Notes: generated by a model from the letters alone, not told the origin. DNA of 64,000 bases from Candidatus Yanofskybacteria bacterium (GCA_016185545.1 JACPNJ010000003.1:2567-66566), one strand, 5' to 3'; shown: positions 50,639 through 60,266, counted from the first letter of the stretch. A program made the numbers and translations.

Positions 50639-50746
50639 TTACTTCTTGTTTTCCAGGGCATTTGCGATACGCCCCAGCTTATCGCTGATACCTAAAAGTA
50701 CCAGCGCTATCGCAAAGAGCTCTACGATGATCCCAAGGGCTTCCAT
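50639..50746 (-). CDS. possible 35-aa small hydrophobic protein (MEALGIIVELFAIALVLLGISDKLGRIANALENKK) missed by the ORF track
   Basis: Strong RBS GGAGGATGTGAAATG; hairpin terminator cccacgat..atcgtggg downstream (50590-50635). Confidence 0.35.
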   Translation of the reverse strand: MEALGIIVELFAIALVLLGISDKLGRIANALENKK

Positions 50747-51020
50747 TTCACATCCTCCAGTCCGAGTTCAGTGTGTTTTAATTATATCATATATTTTTAG
50801 TAATTGCAATAGCTAAATTGTCTAGGTTTCATGGGCTTTTTAGCGTGTCCCCGCTTATCGATGACATTCTTAAGTTGTTGAGGTCATAAGTTGTTGAGGT
50901 CAAACCTCCACAAAGCCGCGGACCCGACAAAAAAGAAACCGCCTCATCCAGCCGGCTTACCGGATATTCGTTTGTAAATTTAAAATCCATAATTGCAGCG
51001 CCACGGGAAGTTAGCTTCGA

Positions 51021-51713
51021 CTACAACTTAGCAGCTCTAATTATTCCGTCCATAAGACCCCTTATCTTAAAGAATTCTTGCCTTTGACTGACACGAAGTT
51101 GAAGCGTGCCGTGCGGTAATAAATTCATGGGTCTTTTCCCTCGACTAGCTCTGCTTAAAGCAACCTGACAGCGAAAGTTCTCTTTAGGAACTTTAGTAAG
51201 ATTCTGCCAGTATTTTATACATTTATTAGAATCTAGATTTGGATAAATCATAACCTGACCTCTAATCCTGTCTTTAGAAATACCCATTACTTTATTAAGG
51301 AAACTCACAAAAACAAGTATCATCTCTGGGTCTGAATTTCCAAAACACATATATGGATATGTGAATCTTTTTGGATTAAAATTTTTGTAACCTTCGCCCC
51401 AATAAAGTCCGGCTCCAAGAATCATTAATTCTCTATTATTGAGAGTCCCAATACGAGATTCATAATTTTTTCTAATATCCTCATTCTCCTTTTTAATATT
51501 TAGGGTTCTAATTTTATTAAATTCGAGCAACTTCAAATACCCATTTTTTCTTTTGGACTCTAAAATTCTCCTTGCCCCGCTGTTTAATTCAAGGGTAGAA
51601 AACCAATTACTAAGAGTAGATTTTGGTATTCCAAAAAGGCCTCTTATTTCACCGTAAGTTTTACCCTCTAACCTACTGGCTAAAGCTACTTGATAATCCT
51701 TTCTAGAATTCAT
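51021..51713 (-). CDS. free-standing LAGLIDADG-type homing endonuclease-like protein with N-terminal HTH, starting 2 nt after tRNA-Glu
   Basis: KTYGEIRGLFGIPKSTLSNWF HTH; single motif LMILGAGLYWGEGYK. Confidence 0.6.
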   Translation of the reverse strand: MNSRKDYQVALASRLEGKTYGEIRGLFGIPKSTLSNWFSTLELNSGARRILESKRKNGYLKLLEFNKIRTLNIKKENEDIRKNYESRIGTLNNRELMILGAGLYWGEGYKNFNPKRFTYPYMCFGNSDPEMILVFVSFLNKVMGISKDRIRGQVMIYPNLDSNKCIKYWQNLTKVPKENFRCQVALSRASRGKRPMNLLPHGTLQLRVSQRQEFFKIRGLMDGIIRAAKL

Positions 51714-51714
51714 G

Positions 51715-51786
51715 CAGCCCCAAGGAGAATCGAACTCCTATTTGCTTCTTGAAAGAAAGCCGTCCTAACCATTAGACGATAGGGCC
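51715..51786 (-). tRNA. tRNA-Glu (anticodon TTC)
   Basis: RC ggccctatcgtctaatggttaggacggctttcTTCaagaagcaaataggagttcgattctccttggggctg; G1-U72 wobble. Confidence 0.7.
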
Positions 51787-51863
51787 ATGCAAACCACTGA
51801 TTATATAATACCAAACTATTATCGGTAGTTCAATACAATAAATGTTGATAAACTGCCTCCAAA

Positions 51864-53000
51864 ATGCTAAAGTATTCGCTTATGAAGATACTCGGTATTG
51901 AAACATCTTGCGATGAAACGGCGGCGTCTTTGTTAGACATAAAGAATGGCAAGGTTAAAGTTTTATCAAGCATAATTTCTTCGCAGATAAAGCTTCACGC
52001 CAAATATGGCGGAGTGGTTCCCTCTTTGGCCGCCCGCGAGCATGTTAAAAACCTCCCCAAAGTACTCAAACTCACACTGTTGAGGTCAAACCTCAACAGT
52101 GTGGCAGATGTTGATTTGATAGCTACAACTCGCGGGCCGGGTTTAATTTCATCTTTGCTTATCGGCACAACTTTTGCCAAAACTTTAGCCTGGAAATATA
52201 ACAAACCGATTATCGGAGTTAATCACCTTGAAGGACATATTTACTCGAATTGGCTGAAACCAATTCGAGAATTTTCAATTTTAAATTTTAAATTTTCAAA
52301 AAAAATGTTTCCGATATTGAATTTAATAGTTTCCGGCGGACATACGGAGCTGGCCATAATGACTGATTTTGGTAAATACAAAATAATAGGCCGAACCCTT
52401 GATGACGCCGCGGGTGAAGCATTTGATAAAATCGCCCGCATACTCGGGCTAGGTTATCCTGGCGGACCGGTAATCAGCCAAGAAGCTGAAAGGTTACAGG
52501 TTACAGGTTACAGGTTACAGAAAAAATTACCCAGGCCCATGATCAATTCTAAAGATTTTAACTTCAGTTTTGCCGGGCTTAAAACGGCGGTTTTGTACTT
52601 AGTAAGAGATTTATTAAAAGATAAAAAAATAAAAAAACTTGGTAAACCAACAACAGCCGGTATCGCCGCCGAATCACAGCAGGCGATAGTTGACGTCCTC
52701 GTCGCCAAAACAGTAGATGCCGCTGAAAAATATAAAGCAAAATCAATTATGCTTTCCGGCGGGGTTTCGGCAAATAAACTTTTACGTACCGAGCTGGAAA
52801 AAGCCGCTGCAAAAAAAGGCATCAAATTTTTCAAACCGGAAATGAAATATACCACCGATAATGCCTCGATGATTGCGTTGGCTGGATATTGGCAAAGTAA
52901 AAATATAAAAACAACCCCGAAAAGCTTCGCAACGAGGCGAGAAAATAAAAAATTGGACCGGCAAAATGTAAAAGTAGATGCGAATCTAGAATTGGTGTGA
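51864..53000 (+). CDS. tsaD: tRNA N6-adenosine threonylcarbamoyltransferase TsaD (Kae1/Gcp) carrying three in-frame repeat insertions
   Basis: GIETSCDETAA, HxxGH (HLEGH), SGGVSAN motifs; insert blocks at 52071-52101 (palindrome), 52262-52300 (AATTTT heptamers), 52496-52517 (GGTTACA x3). Confidence 0.88.
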   Translation: MLKYSLMKILGIETSCDETAASLLDIKNGKVKVLSSIISSQIKLHAKYGGVVPSLAAREHVKNLPKVLKLTLLRSNLNSVADVDLIATTRGPGLISSLLIGTTFAKTLAWKYNKPIIGVNHLEGHIYSNWLKPIREFSILNFKFSKKMFPILNLIVSGGHTELAIMTDFGKYKIIGRTLDDAAGEAFDKIARILGLGYPGGPVISQEAERLQVTGYRLQKKLPRPMINSKDFNFSFAGLKTAVLYLVRDLLKDKKIKKLGKPTTAGIAAESQQAIVDVLVAKTVDAAEKYKAKSIMLSGGVSANKLLRTELEKAAAKKGIKFFKPEMKYTTDNASMIALAGYWQSKNIKTTPKSFATRRENKKLDRQNVKVDANLELV

Positions 53001-53014
53001 TAAAATTTCAGTAA

Positions 53015-55276
53015 ATGGATACTTTTAATAAAACTTACAATCCAAAAGAAACTGAAGATAAAATTTATAAACTCTGGCTTGAGTCGGGGTTTTTCATTCC
53101 CTCCTCCGCTACCTCCTTCGCTAAAGCTACAAAGGTCAAGAAAGCTACGGGGAATAAGCCGGAAAAAAAGTTTGTAACTTGTATCGCTCCACCCAATATT
53201 ACCGGCGAATTACATATGGGTCACGCGCTGGAATATACGCTCCAGGATATTATTGTGCGCGTTAAACGCATGCAGGGGTATAGGACACTTTGGCTACCCG
53301 GAATCGACCATGCCGGCATTGCCGCACAAAATGCCGTTGAAAAACAGCTCACCAAGGAAAACATAAGCCGGCATAAGCTGGGTAGGGAAAAGTTCCTTGA
53401 ACGTATGTGGCAATGGCGCGATCAATATGGCAATGTGATTTTAGAACAGCTTAAAAAGCTTGGCGCTTCGCTTGACTGGACTCGGTTGAGATTCACCATG
53501 GACCCCGACTATCAAAAAGCGGTTCAGGAAGCATTCATTCACTATTACAAAAAGGGTTGGATTTATCAGGGGGAGCGCGTTATAAACTGGTGCATCCGCT
53601 GTGCCACATCAATTTCCGACCTTGAGGTAAATTATATACCAGAAAAAGCAAAACTTTATTACATAAAATACGGGCGGTTTACTCTGGCAACGGTCAGACC
53701 GGAAACTAAGCTTGGCGATACGGCCTTAGCCGTGCATCCAAACGATGAACGTTATAAAAAATATATCGGAGAGGATTTGGAAATAGAAACGGTAGACAAC
53801 GATTTGCCATTAGAACAAGCAGCTAAAGTTAAAAAAATAAAAATAAAAGTTGTCGCTGATGAAGCCGTGGATCCGGAATTCGGCACCGGCATTGTCAAGG
53901 TCACGCCGGCCCATGATTTAACCGATTTTGAAATCGCCCAACGCCAAAACCTGCCTTCACTTAAAATTATTGACGAGCACGGCCGGATGAATGAAAATGC
54001 CGGCATCCGTTATCAAGGCTTGAAAACGGCTGAAGCGCGCGAACGAATAGTTAAAGACCTTGAAACACTCGGACTAATTGAAAAAATAGATGGCTACGAA
54101 CACAACATTGCACGTTGCGACCGTTGTAATTCGGTGATTGAACCGCTACCGTCAAAACAATGGTTTTTAAAAATGAAAGAATTGGCCCGATTCGCGCTTG
54201 TGGCCCTGCGTAAAAAAGAAGTGCGACTGCATCCCGAACGCTGGAGTGGAGCATTGGAACATTGGCTGGACCCAAAAAACATCCGGGATTGGAATATTTC
54301 AAGACAGCTTTGGTGGGGGCACCGCTTGCCGGTCTGGCATCATGAACCCAAATGCGTGCCCAAACCTGGTCATGAAAAAGATATAGACAAATGTATAGAC
54401 ATGAAGGTTTCCGCCGAAAAACCGATTTGCGAATATTGTGACGCGAAATTCATGCAATCTGAAGACGTGCTGGATACTTGGTTTTCTTCAGCACTCTGGC
54501 CATTCGCCACGCTCGGATGGCCGCAAGACTCGGAGGCTCAACCTCCAAGGGAGGTTGAGCCTCCGAAGATTCCATCCGATTTCAAAGAATACTACCCGAC
54601 TGATTTTATAACCTCTGACCGCGGCATATTGTTTTTGTGGCAAGCACGTATGATTTTTTCAGGATTGGAATTTACTGGCAAGGTACCATTCAAGGACATT
54701 TATATCCACGCTACAATTTTGACTAAGGATGGCAAGCGGATGTCCAAATCGCTTGGAACTGGTGTTAACCCTCTTGACCTGATTGAAAAATACGGCACCG
54801 ACGCTTTGCGTTTCGGTTTGGCATCGCAGGCAACGGGACTGCAAGACCTGCGCTTTGGCGAGGACTTATTGGTAATGGGTAAAAAATTCGCCAATAAAAT
54901 TTGGAACATTACACGATATGTTACGATGAAATCCGAAATCCTAAATCCGAAATCCGAAACAATATCAAAATCAGAAATTCCAATTATCCAAAAAATGAAC
55001 GGGGTCGCAAAAACAGTGACCGAAAACATCGAGAAATATAATTTTGCTGAAGCGGCAAATTCGCTTTACAAATTTATCTGGCATGAATTTGCTGATAAAT
55101 ACATTGAGGAAAGCAAGGACCAAGATGATCAAGAAACCAAAGACACCCTCGCCTATCTCCTCATAAACTCGCTCAAACTCCTCCACCCCTTCATGCCTTT
55201 CCTTACCGAAGAAATCTGGTCTAAACTCCCCATCCCCGATAAAAAACTCCTCCTTGTGGAAGATTGGCCTTCTTGA
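53015..55276 (+). CDS. valS: valyl-tRNA synthetase (compact, 753 aa) with a heptamer-repeat-encoded insertion
   Basis: PPNITGELHMGHA, WLPGIDHAGIA, KRMSKSLG (KMSKS); repeat aaatccgaaatcctaaatccgaaatccgaaac at 54930-54965 encodes KSEILNPKSET. Confidence 0.85.
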   Translation: MDTFNKTYNPKETEDKIYKLWLESGFFIPSSATSFAKATKVKKATGNKPEKKFVTCIAPPNITGELHMGHALEYTLQDIIVRVKRMQGYRTLWLPGIDHAGIAAQNAVEKQLTKENISRHKLGREKFLERMWQWRDQYGNVILEQLKKLGASLDWTRLRFTMDPDYQKAVQEAFIHYYKKGWIYQGERVINWCIRCATSISDLEVNYIPEKAKLYYIKYGRFTLATVRPETKLGDTALAVHPNDERYKKYIGEDLEIETVDNDLPLEQAAKVKKIKIKVVADEAVDPEFGTGIVKVTPAHDLTDFEIAQRQNLPSLKIIDEHGRMNENAGIRYQGLKTAEARERIVKDLETLGLIEKIDGYEHNIARCDRCNSVIEPLPSKQWFLKMKELARFALVALRKKEVRLHPERWSGALEHWLDPKNIRDWNISRQLWWGHRLPVWHHEPKCVPKPGHEKDIDKCIDMKVSAEKPICEYCDAKFMQSEDVLDTWFSSALWPFATLGWPQDSEAQPPREVEPPKIPSDFKEYYPTDFITSDRGILFLWQARMIFSGLEFTGKVPFKDIYIHATILTKDGKRMSKSLGTGVNPLDLIEKYGTDALRFGLASQATGLQDLRFGEDLLVMGKKFANKIWNITRYVTMKSEILNPKSETISKSEIPIIQKMNGVAKTVTENIEKYNFAEAANSLYKFIWHEFADKYIEESKDQDDQETKDTLAYLLINSLKLLHPFMPFLTEEIWSKLPIPDKKLLLVEDWPS

Positions 55277-55294
55277 TTGTGTTAAAATTAATGT

Positions 55295-56047
55295 GTGGAT
55301 ATATATACACCGGCGATTCTAGTAATTCTTGGCTTCGTGCCTAGTTTGGCTTGGCTGACGTTTTATCTTAAAAAAGACCCGCATCCTGAGCCAAAATATC
55401 TCATCTCAAGGACATTCTTACTTGGCATAGTTATGGCACCACTGGCCATAGCAATGCAATGGTGGTTCCGTAGCGCAGCCCTCGGCCTATGGCCGGGCTA
55501 TGAAATCCAGACCTCGGTTTGGTTTTTTTTGTGGGCGGCAGCCGTTGAAGAAGTTATAAAATTCCTTGTTGTTTATTTCGCAGTCCTTCGCGATCCTGAA
55601 TTTGATGAACCGACAGACGCAATGATTTATATGATTTCGGCCGGTTTGGGTTTCGCCGCGATTGAAAATATTCTGGTACTTTTCCAAGCAATTCCCAATG
55701 GCGCCAATACCGCCGTTCAAATCTGGCTATTGAGGTTTGTGGGCGCTACCCTGCTACATGCGGTTGCTTCGGCAACCGTGGGTTATTTTTTGGCGCTGGC
55801 ATGGTTCTACAGCCATCACCGTAAAAAACTTATCATGTCGGGCATCGGCATAGCTACGCTTTTGCACTTGGTTTTTAACATAACCCTGCTTAGCGGAAAC
55901 GGTAAACCGGAAGGTTTTGTTTTTTCAACTGCTTTTTTAATATTGATAGCTGCGATAATTTCTTTTCTCTTCGCCAGGCTTAGAAAATTAGAAACGGGCA
56001 ATGAACGGGTAGCAGTTGATAATCAACACTTGCCCCAAACAAATTAG
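55295..56047 (+). CDS. PrsW-family intramembrane metalloprotease-like protein
   Basis: Polytopic; AAVEEVIKF and FAAIENIL motif regions. Confidence 0.55.
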   Translation: MDIYTPAILVILGFVPSLAWLTFYLKKDPHPEPKYLISRTFLLGIVMAPLAIAMQWWFRSAALGLWPGYEIQTSVWFFLWAAAVEEVIKFLVVYFAVLRDPEFDEPTDAMIYMISAGLGFAAIENILVLFQAIPNGANTAVQIWLLRFVGATLLHAVASATVGYFLALAWFYSHHRKKLIMSGIGIATLLHLVFNITLLSGNGKPEGFVFSTAFLILIAAIISFLFARLRKLETGNERVAVDNQHLPQTN

Positions 56048-56063
56048 TGGTATAATGTAGTAA

Positions 56064-56486
56064 ATGGCAGATTTTTTTGAAGAACAATTTGGAGTCGAGG
56101 CTGATCATTCGGAATTGGGAGATGCCGATTTAGCCGTCAGTAAAAGTCCAGCTAGAGTAAAACAAGCCGAAGAAGAGGGTCAATTAACGGTTGACGTTTA
56201 TCAAACCGAAGATGAAATTATAATCAAATCTACTATTGCCGGTGTAACCGCGGATGATATTGATATTTCCATTACTAACGATATGGTGATCATAAAGGGT
56301 ACCCGCAAATCTGACGAGAAAGTTAAAACTTCGGATTATTATTATCAAGAGTTATATTGGGGTCAGTTTTCGCGTTCCATAATTCTGCCGGAAGAGATAG
56401 ACGCGAACAATTCCAAAGCAACAATGAAAAATGGGATATTAACTTTGAAGTTGCCGAAACTGGCAAAAAGCAAAGCCAAAAAGTGA
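56064..56486 (+). CDS. Hsp20/alpha-crystallin family small heat-shock protein
   Basis: Alpha-crystallin domain pattern ...DVYQTEDEIIIKSTIAGV...ILTLKLPK. Confidence 0.8.
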   Translation: MADFFEEQFGVEADHSELGDADLAVSKSPARVKQAEEEGQLTVDVYQTEDEIIIKSTIAGVTADDIDISITNDMVIIKGTRKSDEKVKTSDYYYQELYWGQFSRSIILPEEIDANNSKATMKNGILTLKLPKLAKSKAKK

Positions 56487-56638
56487 GGGTTGCGTCATAA
56501 TTTGTGTCTAAACAGGAAATATCGCATTGGACAATAACATCGCCCGGCTTACCAGTCGGGCGTTGTTATTTAGGACTTGTCTAGACCTGTTTTTTAGTTT
56601 TCAGCCAAATATTTAAAACTTTGTGCTATAATTAAGCT

Positions 56639-57841
56639 GTGGTGGCAAGATATAAAAAAATAATATTTTTGACTGTTTTGACATGGGTTTTGGCATCCGT
56701 TTTTTTATTCGGCCAAATTTTTTATTATAACAAAAAAATTGCGGCCATGATTGGCAACACGCCCCTTCCAACCGACAGTAAATTAACGGCTAATTTAAAC
56801 GCCGCCATGCGGCAAAGTAAACTCATCCTCAAATATCAGGAAAAAGAAATGCCGGTCAGTTCAGATGAATTTAAAACTTGGATCGAAAATTACACGCACG
56901 ATTATACAGGAAAACAGGAATTGCGTATAAACTCAAAAAGAGTTCAAATATATTTAGAAAAAATAGCAAAAGAAATAAACACTTCTCCGAAAAATGCCCG
57001 CCTGGTTATTGATAACGGAAAAATCAGCGAATTTGAACCCCCTCAACAAGGCAAGACATTGAATATCCCGGCTTCTATAACTGGAATCTTGATTATTTTA
57101 GCTAGAGGAAATAAAGGAAACAGCGACACAAATGAAGCACTGGGTGTTGAATTGACGGTTGACGGAAAACAGCCGGAAATTACTTTGGACAAAATAAATA
57201 ATCTTGGCATTAATACTTTGCTTGCGCGAGGAGAATCTGATTTCACCGGTTCACCAAAATTTCGCGTTCATAATATAACCGTGGGTTCCAAAAAATTCAC
57301 CGGCATACTTGTAAAACCGGGCGAAGAATTTTCTTTTAACAGGTTTCTTGGTTCGATTGACGCTTCCAGCGGTTATTTGCCGGAATTGGTAATAAAAAAA
57401 GGCGCTTTGATCCCGGAATATGGCGGCGGATTATGCCAAGTTTCAACAACACTTTTTCGGGCAATAGCATTGGCGGGACTGCCGATACTTGAACGCCACC
57501 CTCACTCCTTGCCCGTCCGTTATTATAATCCGCAAGGATTTGATGCTACGATTTATCCTGGAATTTCGGATTTAAGATTAAAAAACGATATGTCAACCTA
57601 CATCTTGATCCAGTCTAGGATTATTGGTTCAAAAATATATTTTGAAATCTATGGCACGGACGATGGTCGTAAAGTTACGCTTAACGGTCCCCGCCAATAT
57701 GATATTAAGCCTAGTGGCGCTTTAAAAGCAGAACTTGCCAGAATGGTTATTTATCCCGACGGCACAGAGAAAAAAGATATTTTCCAATCTTCATATAAAG
57801 CGCCCAGTTCTTTTCCGACTATTCGCAACCCATTAGAATAA
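56639..57841 (+). CDS. VanW-domain protein (membrane-anchored)
   Basis: YGGGLCQVSTTLFRAIALAGLPILERHPHS signature. Confidence 0.65.
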   Translation: MVARYKKIIFLTVLTWVLASVFLFGQIFYYNKKIAAMIGNTPLPTDSKLTANLNAAMRQSKLILKYQEKEMPVSSDEFKTWIENYTHDYTGKQELRINSKRVQIYLEKIAKEINTSPKNARLVIDNGKISEFEPPQQGKTLNIPASITGILIILARGNKGNSDTNEALGVELTVDGKQPEITLDKINNLGINTLLARGESDFTGSPKFRVHNITVGSKKFTGILVKPGEEFSFNRFLGSIDASSGYLPELVIKKGALIPEYGGGLCQVSTTLFRAIALAGLPILERHPHSLPVRYYNPQGFDATIYPGISDLRLKNDMSTYILIQSRIIGSKIYFEIYGTDDGRKVTLNGPRQYDIKPSGALKAELARMVIYPDGTEKKDIFQSSYKAPSSFPTIRNPLE

Positions 57842-58001
57842 AACCGCTTCGGGTGTTTTTGATATAACCCAAATTGCTGAATAATCTAGCATATGCTTTG
57901 TTATTCAGCAATCTGGGTTTGGTGATTTTTCGGAATAAAAAATGCCCCGCGGCTCGTCGGACCAAGTTAGACTTGGTTGACAAGCCGGGAGCAGGAGCAT
58001 G

Positions 58002-58565
58002 CTAGGGTTGGTTATAGGAACGTTGATACTGTTCCCAACCACGCCTGGCTCGCTCTTCATCAGAATCAGACGGCGTATTCTCCTTTGGTGCCAGAGGCTG
58101 CGGGTTTTCTGTCACCTTATCTGGTATAAGGTGGACCTTGATTTCTGGTGGAATCAAGGTTGGGGTCGTGACTGTGGCCACTGGAATACGACCCCTAAGT
58201 TCTCGGATGTCGCCACGGAGTTTTTGGAGCTCTGAAGCAATTGCCGAAGAGTCCGTGGCAGGAGTAGTTTCCTGCGTGGCTGTCGGTTGTGCGTTCAGGC
58301 TTGGACTTGGAACTGCTGGTTCTGGTTCTTTTTTGGTTGGCCTGGACCAAAAGACAAAAATAAGAACCAGAACTGCAATTACTCCCACTACAACAAAAGT
58401 GGCTTTCCTCTTGTTGCGTGGTGTGTTGTTGTCCGCTTCCTGCCGAAGCCGAGCGGCTTCGGCAATGTCACCGCTGCCATCAGCGGCGAATTTTTTTTCT
58501 ATCTCTTCGGCTTGCCGGCGAAGTTCTGCTGGATCACGCGAAAGAGACGTTGTGGGAGATGCCAT
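58002..58565 (-). CDS. hypothetical single-pass membrane protein with Pro-rich ectodomain (GC-rich gene)
   Basis: ORF track; local GC clearly higher than surroundings. Confidence 0.45.
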   Translation of the reverse strand: MASPTTSLSRDPAELRRQAEEIEKKFAADGSGDIAEAARLRQEADNNTPRNKRKATFVVVGVIAVLVLIFVFWSRPTKKEPEPAVPSPSLNAQPTATQETTPATDSSAIASELQKLRGDIRELRGRIPVATVTTPTLIPPEIKVHLIPDKVTENPQPLAPKENTPSDSDEERARRGWEQYQRSYNQP

Positions 58566-59356
58566 TATACACCTCCCCCAACTGGAAAGATTAAAACAAA
58601 TCCACTCCCGTCCTTGGCTAGCCGTTGGTCGGCTGGCCGGAACGCTGTTTTGCCTAGTGCGGCAGGAAACCGCATATAGGCCTTATACCCTCCGGAACTT
58701 TCCGGAAGGTCAACAGACCCTCCGTTAGGAATGTCGGCAACTAGATTGCCAATGACATCCCTAATATCAACCGGACGCCCCGTCCGGTTGTAATAGGTCT
58801 GGGCAAGGCGTTGGGCCTCATCCTGTTGAATGGCTATCTGCTGTTGGAGAATAGCGGCTTGTTGTTCGGCCGCGATGGCAGAACAGGTTTCCCGCTCCTT
58901 GCGATTGAGCTTCTTAGAGCAGTCAACGGGTTTATCTTCGCCGCCACGTCCGCTAAGTACCAAACCAAGTAGGGCTCCGCCACCAGCACCGAGTAGTGCA
59001 CCGGCACCCGGACGGTTTTTTAAAGAACCAATCCCGGTGCCAATTGAAGCACCGATTCCGGCACCCGTAATGGTTGCTTCGCGACGCCCAATGGGACGAC
59101 GGTAACGGTCATACATCGGGACAAAAGTTCCCCCGTTGTCGTAACCATAGTAGCCGCCACGGAAAACAAGACGCTCAATCTGAGAAATAGCGAGGTTCGC
59201 CTCATGTTGCCGGCGAGCGTCGTGGATGATATTGTAGGTATCCTGCTGCATGCAGGACGGAGACAGTGGGTCGAACAATTGGCACTGCGCCTGGGTAACC
59301 TGCGGCGCAAGTGCCACCAACAGAACAAGAACAAACAAAAACAAACATATTTTCAT
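58565..59356 (-). CDS. secreted Gly-zipper protein (signal peptide MKICLFLFVLVLLVALA; GxxxG-rich AGIGASIGTGIGS...GAGALLGAGGGALLGLV)
   Basis: ORF track trimmed to MKICLF start; GC-rich. Confidence 0.45.
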   Translation of the reverse strand: MKICLFLFVLVLLVALAPQVTQAQCQLFDPLSPSCMQQDTYNIIHDARRQHEANLAISQIERLVFRGGYYGYDNGGTFVPMYDRYRRPIGRREATITGAGIGASIGTGIGSLKNRPGAGALLGAGGGALLGLVLSGRGGEDKPVDCSKKLNRKERETCSAIAAEQQAAILQQQIAIQQDEAQRLAQTYYNRTGRPVDIRDVIGNLVADIPNGGSVDLPESSGGYKAYMRFPAALGKTAFRPADQRLAKDGSGFVLIFPVGGGV

Positions 59357-59493
59357 GTTGGATCTCCTTTTAGCCGAGCTCAGCTCGGCTGGTTTTTTCC
59401 TTTGCAAAGGAGATGAGGTCTATGCTATGTCAAAGAACTAGCCTCATCTTGATACCTTAATTATAGCAAATTCAACGGGGCAATGTCAATAGT

Positions 59494-59545
59494 TTGTTAT
59501 GTAACCCAAACCCCCTGAAAAACCTAGGTTTTTCAGGGGGTTTGG
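59494..59545. terminator. hairpin aaccccctgaaaaacctaggtttttcagggggtt
   Basis: Perfect 14-bp stem; lies 3' of tRNA-Leu. Confidence 0.55.
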
Positions 59546-59552
59546 GTCCTAG

Positions 59553-59636
59553 TGGGCGAGGAGGGACTCGAACCCTCACTCCCTTGCGGGAACAGCGTCC
59601 TAAGCGCTGCGCCTATACCAATTCGGCTACTCGCCC
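59553..59636 (-). tRNA. tRNA-Leu (anticodon TAG), long variable arm
   Basis: RC gggcgagtagccgaattggtataggcgcagcgcttaggacgctgttcccgcaagggagtgagggttcgagtccctcctcgccca. Confidence 0.8.
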
Positions 59637-60266
59637 TAAAAACTTTTTTGCAATTTCATACTTTCTATTAAGTTGCTGCCCTGTTTTTATATTCTTATAC
59701 AGAAATTTTAGCAGTACCAAAGAGTCTGCTTTTGCATAAATTAAAACAAAAACTCCGCTCCTTTTGTTTTCGATCCACCCAGTTTTAATCCCAAGAATTG
59801 TCCCAATTTCTGATTTAATCCAGGCTAGAAAATCACGACTAGCGGAACATAGACGGAGCCTCAGTTGAGGATGCCTGCTTTCAGGATGCCGATAATACCC
59901 AATGCTTCCGTCCCCATCTATGCAACCACGGAAAAAATCAGCAAAAAATATTCTCGGGATACTTAAATTAGTTAAAGTTTTAGATTTAGCCGGACTCAAG
60001 CCTATACCCAAAAGAAAGTCATAAAAATTTCGGTCACCAAATTGTAATACAAAATATTTCTTGATGGTTGTGCCACCCCTCCCCTTACGTCCAACTTTAT
60101 TTTTGAGGTCAAGACAGCTACGAAAATTTAATATTTGCTCTTCGTCCTTTGAGGTTAAATTAATATGCCTTCCGTCTGGTGATAAATTTCCATCCGTAGC
60201 AATAAGCCCGATTGCATAAGCAAATGCTGGGGTCCATTTAATCTTTACATTTCCCAATCTTCTCAT
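59613..60266 (-). CDS. free-standing two-motif LAGLIDADG homing endonuclease (LIATDGNL / CIDGDGSI); last 8 codons overlap the tRNA-Leu 5' end
   Basis: ORF track; both motifs present. Confidence 0.75.
   Translation of the reverse strand: MRRLGNVKIKWTPAFAYAIGLIATDGNLSPDGRHINLTSKDEEQILNFRSCLDLKNKVGRKGRGGTTIKKYFVLQFGDRNFYDFLLGIGLSPAKSKTLTNLSIPRIFFADFFRGCIDGDGSIGYYRHPESRHPQLRLRLCSASRDFLAWIKSEIGTILGIKTGWIENKRSGVFVLIYAKADSLVLLKFLYKNIKTGQQLNRKYEIAKKFLGRVAELV

Noticed and set aside
50619-50816. Plus-strand ORF 50619-50816 (65 aa)
   Set aside because: Overlaps the better-supported minus-strand 35-aa peptide gene with an SD, and has no RBS itself.
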